Shown here piece after piece: positions 31,236 to 40,454 of a stretch of 64,000 bases of DNA. The notes under the pieces were generated by a model, which saw only the letters and a list, made by a program, of their open reading frames with translations, had not been told where the DNA came from and did no database searches. How positions within the stretch are numbered: the stretch's first letter is position 1; each line of letters opens with the position of its first letter. Source of the stretch: Alphaproteobacteria bacterium (lineage in GTDB: Bacteria; Pseudomonadota; Alphaproteobacteria; Dongiales; Dongiaceae). The DNA is taken from contig DAIMFL010000003.1 of the NCBI GenBank assembly GCA_036724615.1, forward strand, positions 3,149 to 67,148. The letters run 5' to 3'. A program made the position numbers and the translations under genes.

Positions 31236-32099
31236 GTGAGAGCCGAGTCACGCCGGCGCTGGGCGGCCTTCGGGCTGACGGCGCCGGCCTATCTGTGGCT
31301 GACGCTGACGATCTTCCTGCCCCTCGCGGCGATGCTGTATTTCAGCTTCCTGACGAAGCCGCCCTTCGGCCCGCGCGAAGCGGAGCTGACGCTGGGGCAG
31401 TACGGCGCCTTCTTCGACAAGGCGTTCTATCGCACCCTGACCTGGCGCTCCCTGCGCCTGGGCTTCGACGTCACCGCGCTCTGCCTGCTGATCGGCTATC
31501 CCGCCGCCTACGTCCTCGCCAAACACGTCAAGGGACGCTGGCGGGAGGCGCTGTTCCTGCTGGTCGTGCTGCCGTTCTGGAGCAACGCGCTGGTGCGCAC
31601 CTTCTCCTGGACCATGGTGCTGCGCGGCGACGGGCTCATCGACCGCCTGGTCCAGGACGTGCTGCCCGGGGCGCCCTCGATCGGGGTGCTGTTCAGCTAC
31701 CCGGCCGTCGTCATCGGGCTGGTGCACGCCTTCCTGCCCTACATGATCCTCACCTGCTACATCTCGCTCCAGGCGATCGACGATTCCCTGGTCGAGGCGG
31801 CCCGCAGCCTGGGCGCCTCGGGGACGACCGTGTTCCGCCGCGTCGTGCTGCCCCTGAGCCTGCCCGGCGTGTTCGCCGGGGTCATCCTGACCTTCGTGCC
31901 GGTGATCGGCTCGTTCATGGAGCCGCGCATCCTGGGCGGCCCCTCGGGGATCATGATCGGCAACGTCATCGAGGACCAGTTCACCGTCGTGTTCAACTGG
32001 CCGCTCGGCGCCGCCCTGTCCTTCATCATGCTGGCGATCGTCCTGCTGACCCTGGCGATCTCGGCGCCGCTCCTGCGGCGCAGCCTGGGCGGGGTGTAG
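31236..32099 (+). CDS. ABC transporter permease (PotB-like)
   Basis: 287 aa, multi-TM. EAA-type loop IDDSLVEAARSLGASGTTVFRRVVLP. Confidence 0.85.
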   Translation: MRAESRRRWAAFGLTAPAYLWLTLTIFLPLAAMLYFSFLTKPPFGPREAELTLGQYGAFFDKAFYRTLTWRSLRLGFDVTALCLLIGYPAAYVLAKHVKGRWREALFLLVVLPFWSNALVRTFSWTMVLRGDGLIDRLVQDVLPGAPSIGVLFSYPAVVIGLVHAFLPYMILTCYISLQAIDDSLVEAARSLGASGTTVFRRVVLPLSLPGVFAGVILTFVPVIGSFMEPRILGGPSGIMIGNVIEDQFTVVFNWPLGAALSFIMLAIVLLTLAISAPLLRRSLGGV

Positions 32100-32118
32100 G
32101 CGCATGTCGCGTGCCTCG

Positions 32119-32226
32119 CCCTCACCCCGGCCCTCTCCCACCTTCGTGGGAGAGGGGGCGCCGCCGCCCGTTCCGGGCCCGATAGCTCCCTCTCCCGCGC
32201 GAGCGGGAGAGGGCAGGGGTGAGGGT
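32119..32226. repeat. REP element of the CCCTCACCCC / CCCTCTCCC...GGGAGAGGG / GGGGTGAGGG family, inserted between the two permease genes
   Basis: Outer arms CCCTCACCCC (32119) and GGGGTGAGGG (to 32226). Two internal hairpins: CCCTCTCCCA-ccttcg-TGGGAGAGGG and CCCTCTCCCGC-gcga-GCGGGAGAGGG. Shares core words with the element at 12899-13004. Confidence 0.65.
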
Positions 32227-32258
32227 GCTTCGCCCGATGCCGCGTCGGGGGCGGAGCG

Positions 32259-33047
32259 ATGAGCGGACGGCGCATCCGGATGGGAGGCCTGCGGCTCTAT
32301 CTCGGCCTCGTCCTCGCCTTCCTCTATCTGCCCATCGTGGTCATGGCGCTGATGGCGTTCAACCGGTCGGCGCTCTACGAGCTGCCGATCGAGTTCGACA
32401 CGGTGTGGTTCAGGAGCCTCGCCGGCAACGACCGGCTGCTCACCGCGAGCTACAACAGCGTCGGGCTCGCCCTCGCGAACACGGTGGTGGCGACGACGCT
32501 CGGGACCATGGCCGCGCTCGCCTTCGCGCGCTACAGCTTCCGGGGCAAGACGCTGCTCCAGATTCTGCTCTTCCCGCCGATCACGATTCCCTGGCTCATC
32601 ATCGGGACGTCGATGCTCGTGCTGTTCTTCTGGGTGGGCATCCAGCGCGGCCTGTTCGCCATGCTGCTCGGCCATGTCGCCCTGTCGCTGCCCTATGTCA
32701 TCGTGGTCGTCGGAGCCCGGCTGCGGGGCACCGCCACGACGCTGGAGGAGGCGGCGGCGACGCTGGGCGCCACGCCATGGCAGACCTTCTGGCGCGTGAC
32801 GGCGCCGGTCATGGCGCCGGGCGTGGTGGCCGCCGCGCTGTTCGCCTTCGCCGTGTCCTTCGATCAGTTCGTGATCTCGTACTTCCTGGCGCCGCCCGGC
32901 GTCTCCACCCTGCCGGTCGAGATCTACTCGGCCATCCGCAAGGGCTTCACGCCGGAGATCAACGCCATCTCCACCATCATCATCCTGATCTCCATGGGAA
33001 TCATGCTGGCCATCGCCCGGCTCTATCGCTTCGGGGGCGAGCGGTGA
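32259..33047 (+). CDS. ABC transporter permease (PotC-like)
   Basis: 262 aa, multi-TM. EAA loop LEEAAATLGATPWQTFWRVTAP. Confidence 0.85.
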   Translation: MSGRRIRMGGLRLYLGLVLAFLYLPIVVMALMAFNRSALYELPIEFDTVWFRSLAGNDRLLTASYNSVGLALANTVVATTLGTMAALAFARYSFRGKTLLQILLFPPITIPWLIIGTSMLVLFFWVGIQRGLFAMLLGHVALSLPYVIVVVGARLRGTATTLEEAAATLGATPWQTFWRVTAPVMAPGVVAAALFAFAVSFDQFVISYFLAPPGVSTLPVEIYSAIRKGFTPEINAISTIIILISMGIMLAIARLYRFGGER

Positions 33048-34123
33048 GCACCGTCGCGGTCACCGGCGCCAGCAAGCGCTACGGCACGCTCGCCGCGCTC
33101 GACGACGTTTCCGTCACCTTCGCCGAAGGGGAGTTCTTCGGCCTCCTTGGCCCGAGCGGGAGCGGCAAGACGACGCTGCTCCGCGCGATCGCGGGCTTCG
33201 TCGATCTCGACAGCGGCGAGATCCGGATCGACGGCCAGGACGTCCGCGCGATCCCGGTCCACCGCCGGGACATCGGCATGGTGTTCCAGAACTACGCGCT
33301 GTTTCCGCATATGAGCGTGTTCGACAACGTCGCCTTCGGGCTCTCGGTCCGCCGCGCCGGCCGGGACGAGATCGCGCGGCGGGTGCGCGACATGCTGGGG
33401 CTGGTCCGCCTCGCGGGCCTCGAGGAGCGGAAGCCGCGGCAGCTCTCGGGCGGGCAGCAGCAGCGCGTGGCGCTCGCCCGCGCCCTGATCACCCGGCCGC
33501 GCGTGCTGCTGCTCGACGAGCCGCTCGGCGCGCTCGACAAGCGCCTGCGGCAGCAGATGCAGGTGGAGCTGAAGCAGATCCAGCGCGAGGTCGGCATCAC
33601 CACCATCTTCGTCACCCACGACCAGGAGGAGGCGCTGACCCTGTCCGACCGTATCGCCATCCTGAACGAGGGCCGGATCGTTCAGGCCGGTCCGCCCGAC
33701 ATGGTCTACGAGCGGCCGGAGACCGCCTTCGCGGCGAGCTTCCTGGGGGACGCCAACTTCTTCCCCGGCCGCGTGGTGGGGATGGTCGGCAGCCTGGGCT
33801 GCATGGAATCCACCTCGCATGGCAGCCTCGTCACCACCCATCCCCTGCCGCCGACCGAGACCGCCGTGGTCCTGGCGGTGCGGCCGGAGAAATGCCTGAT
33901 CGAGGCGGCGGACGAGCCGACGCCGGACGAGGCTTCCGTCAATCGCGTCGAAGGCAGGCTGGCGCAGATCGTCTATTCGGGGAACAGCATCACCTACCGC
34001 ATCGAGGCCGCCGGCGACGTGTTCACCGTCTTCGAGCAGAACCGGCAGGCGCGGCGCCATGCGCCGGGCGACGCCGTGCGCATCGCCTGGTCGGCGGACC
34101 ACAGCGTCCTGGTCCGGCCATGA
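33044..34123 (+). CDS. ABC transporter ATP-binding protein (PotA/MalK-like)
   Basis: C-terminal 359 codons of track ORF 32219..34123. GTG start with a GTGA overlap with the permease stop. Walker A GPSGSGKTT, signature LSGGQQQRVALARAL, Walker B LLLDEP. Confidence 0.9.
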   Translation: MSTVAVTGASKRYGTLAALDDVSVTFAEGEFFGLLGPSGSGKTTLLRAIAGFVDLDSGEIRIDGQDVRAIPVHRRDIGMVFQNYALFPHMSVFDNVAFGLSVRRAGRDEIARRVRDMLGLVRLAGLEERKPRQLSGGQQQRVALARALITRPRVLLLDEPLGALDKRLRQQMQVELKQIQREVGITTIFVTHDQEEALTLSDRIAILNEGRIVQAGPPDMVYERPETAFAASFLGDANFFPGRVVGMVGSLGCMESTSHGSLVTTHPLPPTETAVVLAVRPEKCLIEAADEPTPDEASVNRVEGRLAQIVYSGNSITYRIEAAGDVFTVFEQNRQARRHAPGDAVRIAWSADHSVLVRP

Positions 34124-34725
34124 CCGCAACGGAGCGGCTGGAGCCGTTGACCGCGGCCGCAATCGTCGTGGTCGACATGCAGCGCCTGTTCGCCGAGGCG
34201 ACGGAATGGCAGGTGCCGAGCCTGCCAGCCATCGTGCCGCAGGTGCATCGCCTGGCCGCCCGCCGGCCGGACGCGACGTTCTTCACCCGGTTCGTGACGC
34301 CGCCCTCGGTCGAGGCCGCATCGGGACGCTGGCGCCACTACTACGAGCGCTGGCGCAGCGTCACGCTGGACCGCATGGCGCCGGCCATGCTCGACCTGAT
34401 GCCGGAGCTCGCCCAGGTTGCGCAGCCGGGTTCGATCTGCGACAAGGCGACCTTCTCGGCCTTTGCGGACGGACCGCTGCCGGAGCGGCTGCGCGAGCGG
34501 GATGTCCGCACGCTGATGCTCTGCGGGGTGGAGACGGATGTCTGCGTGCTGGCGACTGCCCTCGAGGCGGTCGATATGGGGTACCGCGTGCTCGTGGTCG
34601 AGGACGCGGTGACGAGCTGGTCGCTCGAATCGCACAGGGCCGTGCTCGATTTCGTGCTGCCGCGCTTCGACCGGCAGATCGAGGTCGCGACCGTCGACGC
34701 GGTGCTCGCGGCCTGGCAGAGCTGA
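34120..34725 (+). CDS. isochorismatase-family cysteine hydrolase (amidohydrolase-type)
   Basis: ATGA overlap with the ATPase stop. IVVVDMQRLF (Asp) and LMLCGVETDVCVLATALEAVDMGY (catalytic Cys) motifs. Confidence 0.75.
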   Translation: MTATERLEPLTAAAIVVVDMQRLFAEATEWQVPSLPAIVPQVHRLAARRPDATFFTRFVTPPSVEAASGRWRHYYERWRSVTLDRMAPAMLDLMPELAQVAQPGSICDKATFSAFADGPLPERLRERDVRTLMLCGVETDVCVLATALEAVDMGYRVLVVEDAVTSWSLESHRAVLDFVLPRFDRQIEVATVDAVLAAWQS

Positions 34726-34734
34726 GGGGGAGGA

Positions 34735-37008
34735 ATGTCGGAATCACTCGTGCCGCTGGCACGGGCCTGGAACAGCTGGGACGCCGAGCATCCGGCGGAG
34801 ATGGTCCATCTTCCGCTCGGGCTGCGGCTCGGCTTCTGCGCATATGCATCCAGCACCAATGCCTTCACCCGCTTTCCCGCCGGCGCGGAGGGCGTGCGGC
34901 TCGGGCCGCGCGCGGTCGACGGGCGCGGCATGCGGCTCGATCTCGCCCATGCGGGAACGACGCTGAGCCTCGCCTACGACAAGCCGGACCCGTTCACGCT
35001 CACCGGGCGCTGGAAGGCCGGCCGGCTGGGCGAATGGGGCCTGCGCTTCTGGGTCCTGCTGGTGCTGCGGCTGGCGCCGCCCGGGGCGGGCGGTGATCTC
35101 GTGCCGTGGCGCTACGATCCCGCGACGGGCGAGCTGTCCGCGCGCCATGGACCGCTCCACGCCGTCCTGCGCGGCGAGCGGCCGCCGCTCATGGCGACGT
35201 TCCACGAGAGTCTCGACGACCTGCGGCGCGAGATGGAGACCGAGGGCTATTTCTACCTGGGCTCGCGCGGCGAGAGCGGCCCGGTCGCGGCGCTGCGCTA
35301 TCACCTGGAGGAGATGCCGGAGTTCGCCTTCGCGATCTCGCTGGCGGACGACCCTGCGCTGGCCGCCGGCACGGCCGCAAGGGCGCTGGCGGACTCGAGC
35401 CCGGCCCCGGTCCTGCCGGGGCAGGACGGCCGTTTCGCGGGCGCGCTCGATGCGGTTCGTGACGTGATCGGCTGGAACACCGTCTGGGACCCGGTGAACC
35501 GGCGGCCCTATACCAGCCTCAGCCGCAACTGGGTCTCCCAGAAGTTCGGCGGGTTCGGCGTCTGGCTCGACGACGTGGTCTATCACGCCCTGCTCGGCGG
35601 CATGCTCGATCCGGGCCTGGCGCGGGAGAATTTCGACGCGGTGCTGGCCGGCGCCCGGCCGCAGGGCAATCTTCCCTGCCTCATGACCGGCCGGGATTCC
35701 TGGGTCGACCGGACCCAGCCGCCGATCGCCTCCTTCGCGCTGTGGATGAACCATCTGCGCTGCGGCAGCCGCGAGCTTCTCGAGCGCGCCTATCCGACGC
35801 TGCTCGCCAACCACGACTGGTGGTGGCGCATGCGCGACGGCAACGGCAACGGCCTGGTGGAGTACGGCACGTCGCCGGTGGGCGAGGGGCTCTATCGCGG
35901 CACCAAGCTCGCCGCCAAGGACGAGTCCAGCATGGACAACTCCCCGACCCACGACGAGGCGCGCCTCGACACGACGACCTGGACGCTCGACTGCGAGGAT
36001 GTGGGCCTCAATGCGCTCCTCGCCCTGGACGGGGAGATGCTGGCGCTGATCGCCGCCGCGCTCGGCGAGGGCGCCGCGGCGGAGCGGCTGCGCGCCAGCG
36101 CGGCGGCGCATCGCCGGCGGATCAGCGAGGAGCTCTGGGATGCCGAGCGGCAGGTCTTCGCCAGCCGGCTCTGGTCCGGCAGGTTCGTGCGCAGCCTGGC
36201 GCCGACCAGCTTCTATCCGCTGCTCGCCGGCGCCGCGACGCCGGAGCAGGCCGCGGCCATGGTCCGGCTGCTGCACGACCCGGAGACGTTCGGGGGCGAC
36301 TGGCTGCTGCCGTCGGTGACGCGGGACGACCCGGCCTTCGGCGACAACGTCTATTGGCGGGGCCGGATCTGGCCACCGCTCAACTTCCTGGTGTATCACG
36401 GGCTGAAGCGGGCCGGATTCGCCGACGAGGCGTCGCGCCTCGCCGAGAACAGCGTGAAGCTGTTCATGGCGGAATGGATCGCCAACGGGCGCTGCCCGGA
36501 GAATTTCAGCTCGGTGACGGGCGAAGCCTGCGACCAGCCGGACACCGACCCGTATTACGGCTGGGGGGCGCTGATGCCGGCTCTCGGCGTGGCGGAGGTG
36601 ATGGACGTGACGCCGTGGACCGGGTGGGAGGTGACGCATGGCGCGGACGGACGGCTCGGCCCGATCCTGTCGCCCGGCGGCCGCGCGGAGGTCGAGAGCC
36701 GGGGCGGGGTGCTGACATTGACTCTGGACGGGCGCCCCTACCTGCGCAGCAATCTGCTCGGCCGCTTCCAGCGGCTGCGCATCAGCGAGCAGGGGGTCGG
36801 AATGACATTGCCGCCGACCGCGGGCCAGGACGGGACGGCGTGGCTCGAGCTCGCGCAGGCGGGCCGCCGCGCGGTTCTGGCGGCGAGCTGCGCCGGCCGG
36901 GCGCTGGCGCCCAGGCAGCTGGCCTCCGGGCTGCGCTTCGACCTGCCGCGGCTGTCCGAGCCCGCCCTGTTCGAGATCGCCTTCGGCAGCGGAACCGAAG
37001 CGGGATGA
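34735..37008 (+). CDS. (alpha/alpha)6-barrel glycoside hydrolase, GH63 / MGH1 / trehalase-like
   Basis: 757 aa, GGGGGAGG SD. Motifs DWWWRMRDGNGNGLVEYG, DESSMDNSPTHD, YWRGRIWPPLNFLVYHGL and YYGWGALMP are typical of clan GH-G enzymes. Confidence 0.7.
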   Translation: MSESLVPLARAWNSWDAEHPAEMVHLPLGLRLGFCAYASSTNAFTRFPAGAEGVRLGPRAVDGRGMRLDLAHAGTTLSLAYDKPDPFTLTGRWKAGRLGEWGLRFWVLLVLRLAPPGAGGDLVPWRYDPATGELSARHGPLHAVLRGERPPLMATFHESLDDLRREMETEGYFYLGSRGESGPVAALRYHLEEMPEFAFAISLADDPALAAGTAARALADSSPAPVLPGQDGRFAGALDAVRDVIGWNTVWDPVNRRPYTSLSRNWVSQKFGGFGVWLDDVVYHALLGGMLDPGLARENFDAVLAGARPQGNLPCLMTGRDSWVDRTQPPIASFALWMNHLRCGSRELLERAYPTLLANHDWWWRMRDGNGNGLVEYGTSPVGEGLYRGTKLAAKDESSMDNSPTHDEARLDTTTWTLDCEDVGLNALLALDGEMLALIAAALGEGAAAERLRASAAAHRRRISEELWDAERQVFASRLWSGRFVRSLAPTSFYPLLAGAATPEQAAAMVRLLHDPETFGGDWLLPSVTRDDPAFGDNVYWRGRIWPPLNFLVYHGLKRAGFADEASRLAENSVKLFMAEWIANGRCPENFSSVTGEACDQPDTDPYYGWGALMPALGVAEVMDVTPWTGWEVTHGADGRLGPILSPGGRAEVESRGGVLTLTLDGRPYLRSNLLGRFQRLRISEQGVGMTLPPTAGQDGTAWLELAQAGRRAVLAASCAGRALAPRQLASGLRFDLPRLSEPALFEIAFGSGTEAG

Positions 37009-37925
37009 TCGTCGTCTTCGGCTCGATCAATGTCGACCTGCTGGTGCAGGTGCCGCACCTGCCGCGCCCGGGGGAGACGGTGCTCGGCCCGGGCTATCGC
37101 ACCGTGCCGGGCGGGAAGGGCGCCAACCAGGCCGTTGCCGCGGCGCGGGCCGGGGCCGAGGTGCGCCTCGTCGGCCGGGTCGGGCAGGATTCCTTCGGCG
37201 ATCTGGCGCTGAGCGAGCTTGGCGGCGCCGGCGTGGACCTGCAGGGCGTGACGCGCGACCGGCGGCCGACCGGCTGCGCCTTCATCTCGGTGGACCCGGT
37301 CGGGCAGAACCAGATCGTCGTCGCCGCGGGCGCCAATGTCGGGGTGCGGGAGCGGCAGGTGCCGGACCAGATCCTGAAGCCCGGCACGCTGGTCCTGCTC
37401 CAGATGGAGGTGCCGCCGGCGGAGAACTGGGCGCTGGTGACGCGGGCCTGCGCGCGCGGGGCGCGCATCCTGCTCAACGCGGCGCCGGCCGCGCCCATTC
37501 CAGGGCTCGCTCTGGCGGCGCTCGACTGGCTGGTGGTGAACGAGGCCGAAGCCCTGGTGCTGGCGGGGCGGCTCGGGACCGGCGGGCTCGACGCCGAATC
37601 CGCCGGACGGGTGCTCTCGAACGCGCTCGGCATCACCACCGTGGTGACGCTCGGCGCGGCAGGAGCGGTCGCCTTCTCCCGCGACGGCGCCTGGCGCATC
37701 GGCACCCTGCCGATCCGGCCCGTCGACACGACGGCGGCCGGCGACGCCTTCGTCGGCACCTTCGCAGCAGCGGTCGAGTCCGGGCTCGAGCTGCCCGACG
37801 CCCTGCGCCGCGCGAGTGTCGCCGGCGGGCTCGCCTGCCTGGTCCAGGGCGCACAGCCGAGCCTTCCCGACAAGTCGATGGTCGACGCGCGGCTCGAGGA
37901 GCTCGCGCCGGCGACGAAGGTCTAG
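37005..37925 (+). CDS. PfkB-family carbohydrate kinase (ribokinase-like)
   Basis: C-terminal 306 codons of track ORF 35742..37925. ATGA overlap with the glycosidase stop. Has GGKGANQAVAAARAG and DTTAAGDAFVG motifs. Confidence 0.85.
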   Translation: MIVVFGSINVDLLVQVPHLPRPGETVLGPGYRTVPGGKGANQAVAAARAGAEVRLVGRVGQDSFGDLALSELGGAGVDLQGVTRDRRPTGCAFISVDPVGQNQIVVAAGANVGVRERQVPDQILKPGTLVLLQMEVPPAENWALVTRACARGARILLNAAPAAPIPGLALAALDWLVVNEAEALVLAGRLGTGGLDAESAGRVLSNALGITTVVTLGAAGAVAFSRDGAWRIGTLPIRPVDTTAAGDAFVGTFAAAVESGLELPDALRRASVAGGLACLVQGAQPSLPDKSMVDARLEELAPATKV

Positions 37926-37949
37926 TCGGGTCGTCGTGCCGGAGGGGGT

Positions 37950-38591
37950 ATGAGGCTCTACAGCTATTTCCGGTCCTCGGCCGCCTACCGCGTGCGCATC
38001 GCGCTCAACCTGAAAGAACTCCCCTATGACTATGTGCCCGTTCACCTCATGCAGGGCGGGGGCGGGCAGTTCACTCCTGAGTTCAGGCACCTCAACCCGC
38101 AGGGGCTGGTGCCGGTCCTGGAGGACGGCGGCCAGGTCCTGACCCAGTCGCTGGCGATCATCGAGTATCTGGACGAGCTCCATCCGGAACCGCCCCTGCT
38201 GCCGTCCGACGCGGCAGGTCGCGCCCGGGTGCGCTCGCTCGCGCTTCACGTGGCGTGCGAGATCCATCCTCTGAACAACCTGCGGGTTCTGCAGACTCTG
38301 AAACGCGATTTCGGTCTCGACGAGGCCGCGACCCGGCGCTGGTACCGGCACTGGATCCGCACCGGGCTCGACGCGCTGGAGGCCCGGCTCGCCGAGGCGC
38401 CGCAGGGACGCTTCTGCCACGGCGATGCACCCGGGCTCGCCGATATCTGCCTGGTGCCGCAGCTCTTCAACGCGCGCCGGTACGACTGCGACCTCGCGCC
38501 CTATCCGCGGCTGCTGGCGATCGATGCCGCGTGCCAGGCGCTGCCGGCCTTCGCCGCGGCGCACCCGGCGCGGCAGCCCGACGCCGAATAG
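37950..38591 (+). CDS. maiA: maleylacetoacetate isomerase (zeta-class GST)
   Basis: 213 aa. MRLYSYFRSSAAYRVRIALNLK...NPQGLVPVL...SLAIIEYLDE is the canonical zeta GST N-terminus. GGAGGGGG SD. Confidence 0.85.
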   Translation: MRLYSYFRSSAAYRVRIALNLKELPYDYVPVHLMQGGGGQFTPEFRHLNPQGLVPVLEDGGQVLTQSLAIIEYLDELHPEPPLLPSDAAGRARVRSLALHVACEIHPLNNLRVLQTLKRDFGLDEAATRRWYRHWIRTGLDALEARLAEAPQGRFCHGDAPGLADICLVPQLFNARRYDCDLAPYPRLLAIDAACQALPAFAAAHPARQPDAE

Positions 38592-38596
38592 CGCCG

Positions 38597-38938
38597 TCAG
38601 AAGATGTCGTCGGATTCGTCCGACAGGATCTCGCCGATTTGGGTGAGCTCGCTGCGCAGCCGCTTGCGGTTGAGCAGCTTCATCTGCGCCGGCGCCGGCA
38701 GGTCGGTGAGCAGGACCGCCTTCTTGTCGATGAGCGTGTCGAGCAGGTCCTCGAACACGCGGATCATGCTCTGGTCGGAGCGGAAGAACTCCGCCTCGGT
38801 GTCCCGCGCCTCCCCGGAGGCCCCGACGAACCTGCGCACGTCCTCGTGGTGCGGGGGGAGATACTCCTCCGCACCCGGCTCCTTCTCCCGGAACAGGGCG
38901 ATGACACGGCCCGACTCGTCGCGCTTCACAAAGGGCAT
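38597..38938 (-). CDS. conserved hypothetical protein (113 aa, acidic C-terminus)
   Basis: ORF with ATG start and high GC3. Convergent with maiA (5-nt gap). No domain recognised. Confidence 0.55.
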   Translation of the reverse strand: MPFVKRDESGRVIALFREKEPGAEEYLPPHHEDVRRFVGASGEARDTEAEFFRSDQSMIRVFEDLLDTLIDKKAVLLTDLPAPAQMKLLNRKRLRSELTQIGEILSDESDDIF

Positions 38939-38995
38939 GCGTTCGAACCTCCGATTCGGCCGACCCGCTCCGGGCTGCCGGCCGACATTCCGCCG

Positions 38996-39075
38996 TCCGG
39001 TTGATTAAGAATCCGCAAAGGAATGTCCGCTGCGCTCGCGCCGGTGCCGGCTCTCCGGTTGATGATTCCGCAAGC
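38996..39075. promoter_or_regulatory. direct repeat TCCGGTTGAT(taa)GA(a)TCCGCAA, two copies 58 bp apart, in the divergent promoter region upstream of the RHH-PAS gene
   Basis: Copy 1 is 38996-39020 (TCCGGTTGATTAAGAATCCGCAAAG). Copy 2 is 39054-39075 (TCCGGTTGATGATTCCGCAAGC). Read directly. Confidence 0.35.
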
Positions 39076-39154
39076 AATTTTGCGTTAAGCATATCGCGCC
39101 CGCGCGGGGCAGCACCCCGCATCCGGGTGTGAGTCGAGGATCCGACGACGCGCC

Positions 39155-39754
39155 ATGCGCCATCGCATCATCCAGCATTCCGGCCGCCGCTATTCGGTGA
39201 AGCTTGCCGACCTCGTGTGGGACAATCTCGAAAGCCTGGCCGAGGAGGCGGGGCTGCGGCTCAACCAGCTCGTCGCCCGCGTGGCGGAGCAGGCCGGCGA
39301 GGGCGCGAACGTCACCGCGGCCCTGCGCCAGCACTGCCTGGAGGCGGCGCTCGCCCGGATCAAGGTCCTGGAGCGGCAGGCCGAGGATCTCCGGCTGTCG
39401 GCCGGCGGCGCACCTCTCCCGCTGATCGCGGAGGCCTGCCCGGCGCCCTGCCTGATCGTGTCGGGCGCGCACCTCCTGCTGCGCGCCAATGCCGCGGCTT
39501 GCGAATGGATGGGGACCGCCGAGGACGTTCTGGTCGGAAAATCAGTCCAGCACTATTTCCAGATCAAGTCGAACGTGCCGCTCGACGAGATCGTGCAGCG
39601 CTTCGCCGCCGGCGATCTCAAACTGTACCCCGCCCGGATCGTCTATGTCCGTCCCGGCCGGCTCGTCGTGGCGCGGGCGAACATCTGCCCCGGCCAGGCG
39701 GGCGAGGGCGGCGAGCTTTCCTATCTCATCCTGGTCGATACCGGCCGCACCTAG
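39155..39754 (+). CDS. ribbon-helix-helix (RHH_4-like) domain fused to a PAS-like domain; putative regulator
   Basis: 199 aa. The N-terminus YSVKLADLVWDNLESLAEEAGLRLNQLVARV...NVTAALRQHCL fits the RHH_4 pattern. The C-terminal half (LIVSGAHLLLRANAAACEWMGTAEDVLVGKSVQHYF...) is PAS-like. Confidence 0.6.
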   Translation: MRHRIIQHSGRRYSVKLADLVWDNLESLAEEAGLRLNQLVARVAEQAGEGANVTAALRQHCLEAALARIKVLERQAEDLRLSAGGAPLPLIAEACPAPCLIVSGAHLLLRANAAACEWMGTAEDVLVGKSVQHYFQIKSNVPLDEIVQRFAAGDLKLYPARIVYVRPGRLVVARANICPGQAGEGGELSYLILVDTGRT

Positions 39755-39807
39755 CCGGATCCGGCTTTCGCGCATGGTTGCCGAAAGCTTTCCGCGCCAT
39801 GCCCGCG

Positions 39808-39815
39808 TTAACCAT
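39808..39815 (+). promoter_or_regulatory. TTAACCAT (CtrA half-site 8-mer), 236 bp upstream of the small ORF
   Basis: Exact 8-mer read directly in the 290-bp intergenic region. Confidence 0.3.
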
Positions 39816-40043
39816 CGAAGCCGGCTGATTCCGTGGCGTTCCTGGACTTTTCTCCGCGCCATCAGCAGGTTAGCGGACACGAACGGCGCGCATTTCGCAC
39901 GAATTCTGTTGATGTTTGCAGAATCCCGACGTAGTTCTTGACGCAATGGAACCCGGCTCCGAGGGGGGAGAAGGGGGCCAGTCGGGCCTGCGAAGGGCCC
40001 GGTGTGTGGGACGAGGCGAAGCTTGAATCGGATCAGTGGCCCC

Positions 40044-40448
40044 ATGGCCGTGGACATGCCGATCGACGATGGCGCAGAGATTCCGGCGACGGGCGCGGAG
40101 CTCGGCGCGACGGCGGAGTCTCTCGCGTCGGCTTTGCCGCTGGTCGTGGGGGAAGCGGCCGTGACTGCCAGTATCGCGGCGTCGAAGACCGGTGAGCCGC
40201 CGATCACCCTTTCGTTCGACGATCTGCTGCCGGATCCGAACGGAGAGATCGTCGTGATGGGAACGGGGTTCGGCACCCAGCTCAACATTCTGACGGATCA
40301 GAAGATCTGCGCCGCCGGCGTTGCGATCGACCACTGCACCGCCGACGGGGTGGAGGTGGGCGGCCTCGCCTATTTCGCCTTCGAGGGCGGGACCAAGCTC
40401 TACTACTCGCCGGAGATCGAGGTAACGATCGCCCCGGCCGACGGCTAG
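40044..40448 (+). CDS. hypothetical protein (134 aa) preceding the adhesin gene
   Basis: ORF 40002..40448, trimmed to MAVDMPIDDG. High third-position GC supports coding. No strong SD. Followed by a strong hairpin. Confidence 0.5.
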   Translation: MAVDMPIDDGAEIPATGAELGATAESLASALPLVVGEAAVTASIAASKTGEPPITLSFDDLLPDPNGEIVVMGTGFGTQLNILTDQKICAAGVAIDHCTADGVEVGGLAYFAFEGGTKLYYSPEIEVTIAPADG

Positions 40449-40454
40449 CATGAT

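Noticed and set aside
32219-34123. 634-aa plus-strand ORF suggesting a large fused transporter protein
   Set aside because: Only the last 359 codons (from GTG 33044) are real: the ABC ATPase. The upstream part overlaps the PotC-like permease, which is in another frame, and reads as Arg/Pro/Ala noise.
39001-39014. TTGAT-TAAG-AATCC as a fifth FNR/FixK box
   Set aside because: Only the left half-site matches; the right arm is AATCC rather than ATCAA or GTCAA. It is better explained as part of the local direct repeat.
36738-39122. 794-aa minus-strand ORF spanning four annotated genes
   Set aside because: It crosses the glycosidase end, ribokinase, maiA and the 113-aa gene, in frames that contradict clear domain matches. 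This is typical stop-poor high-GC read-through.
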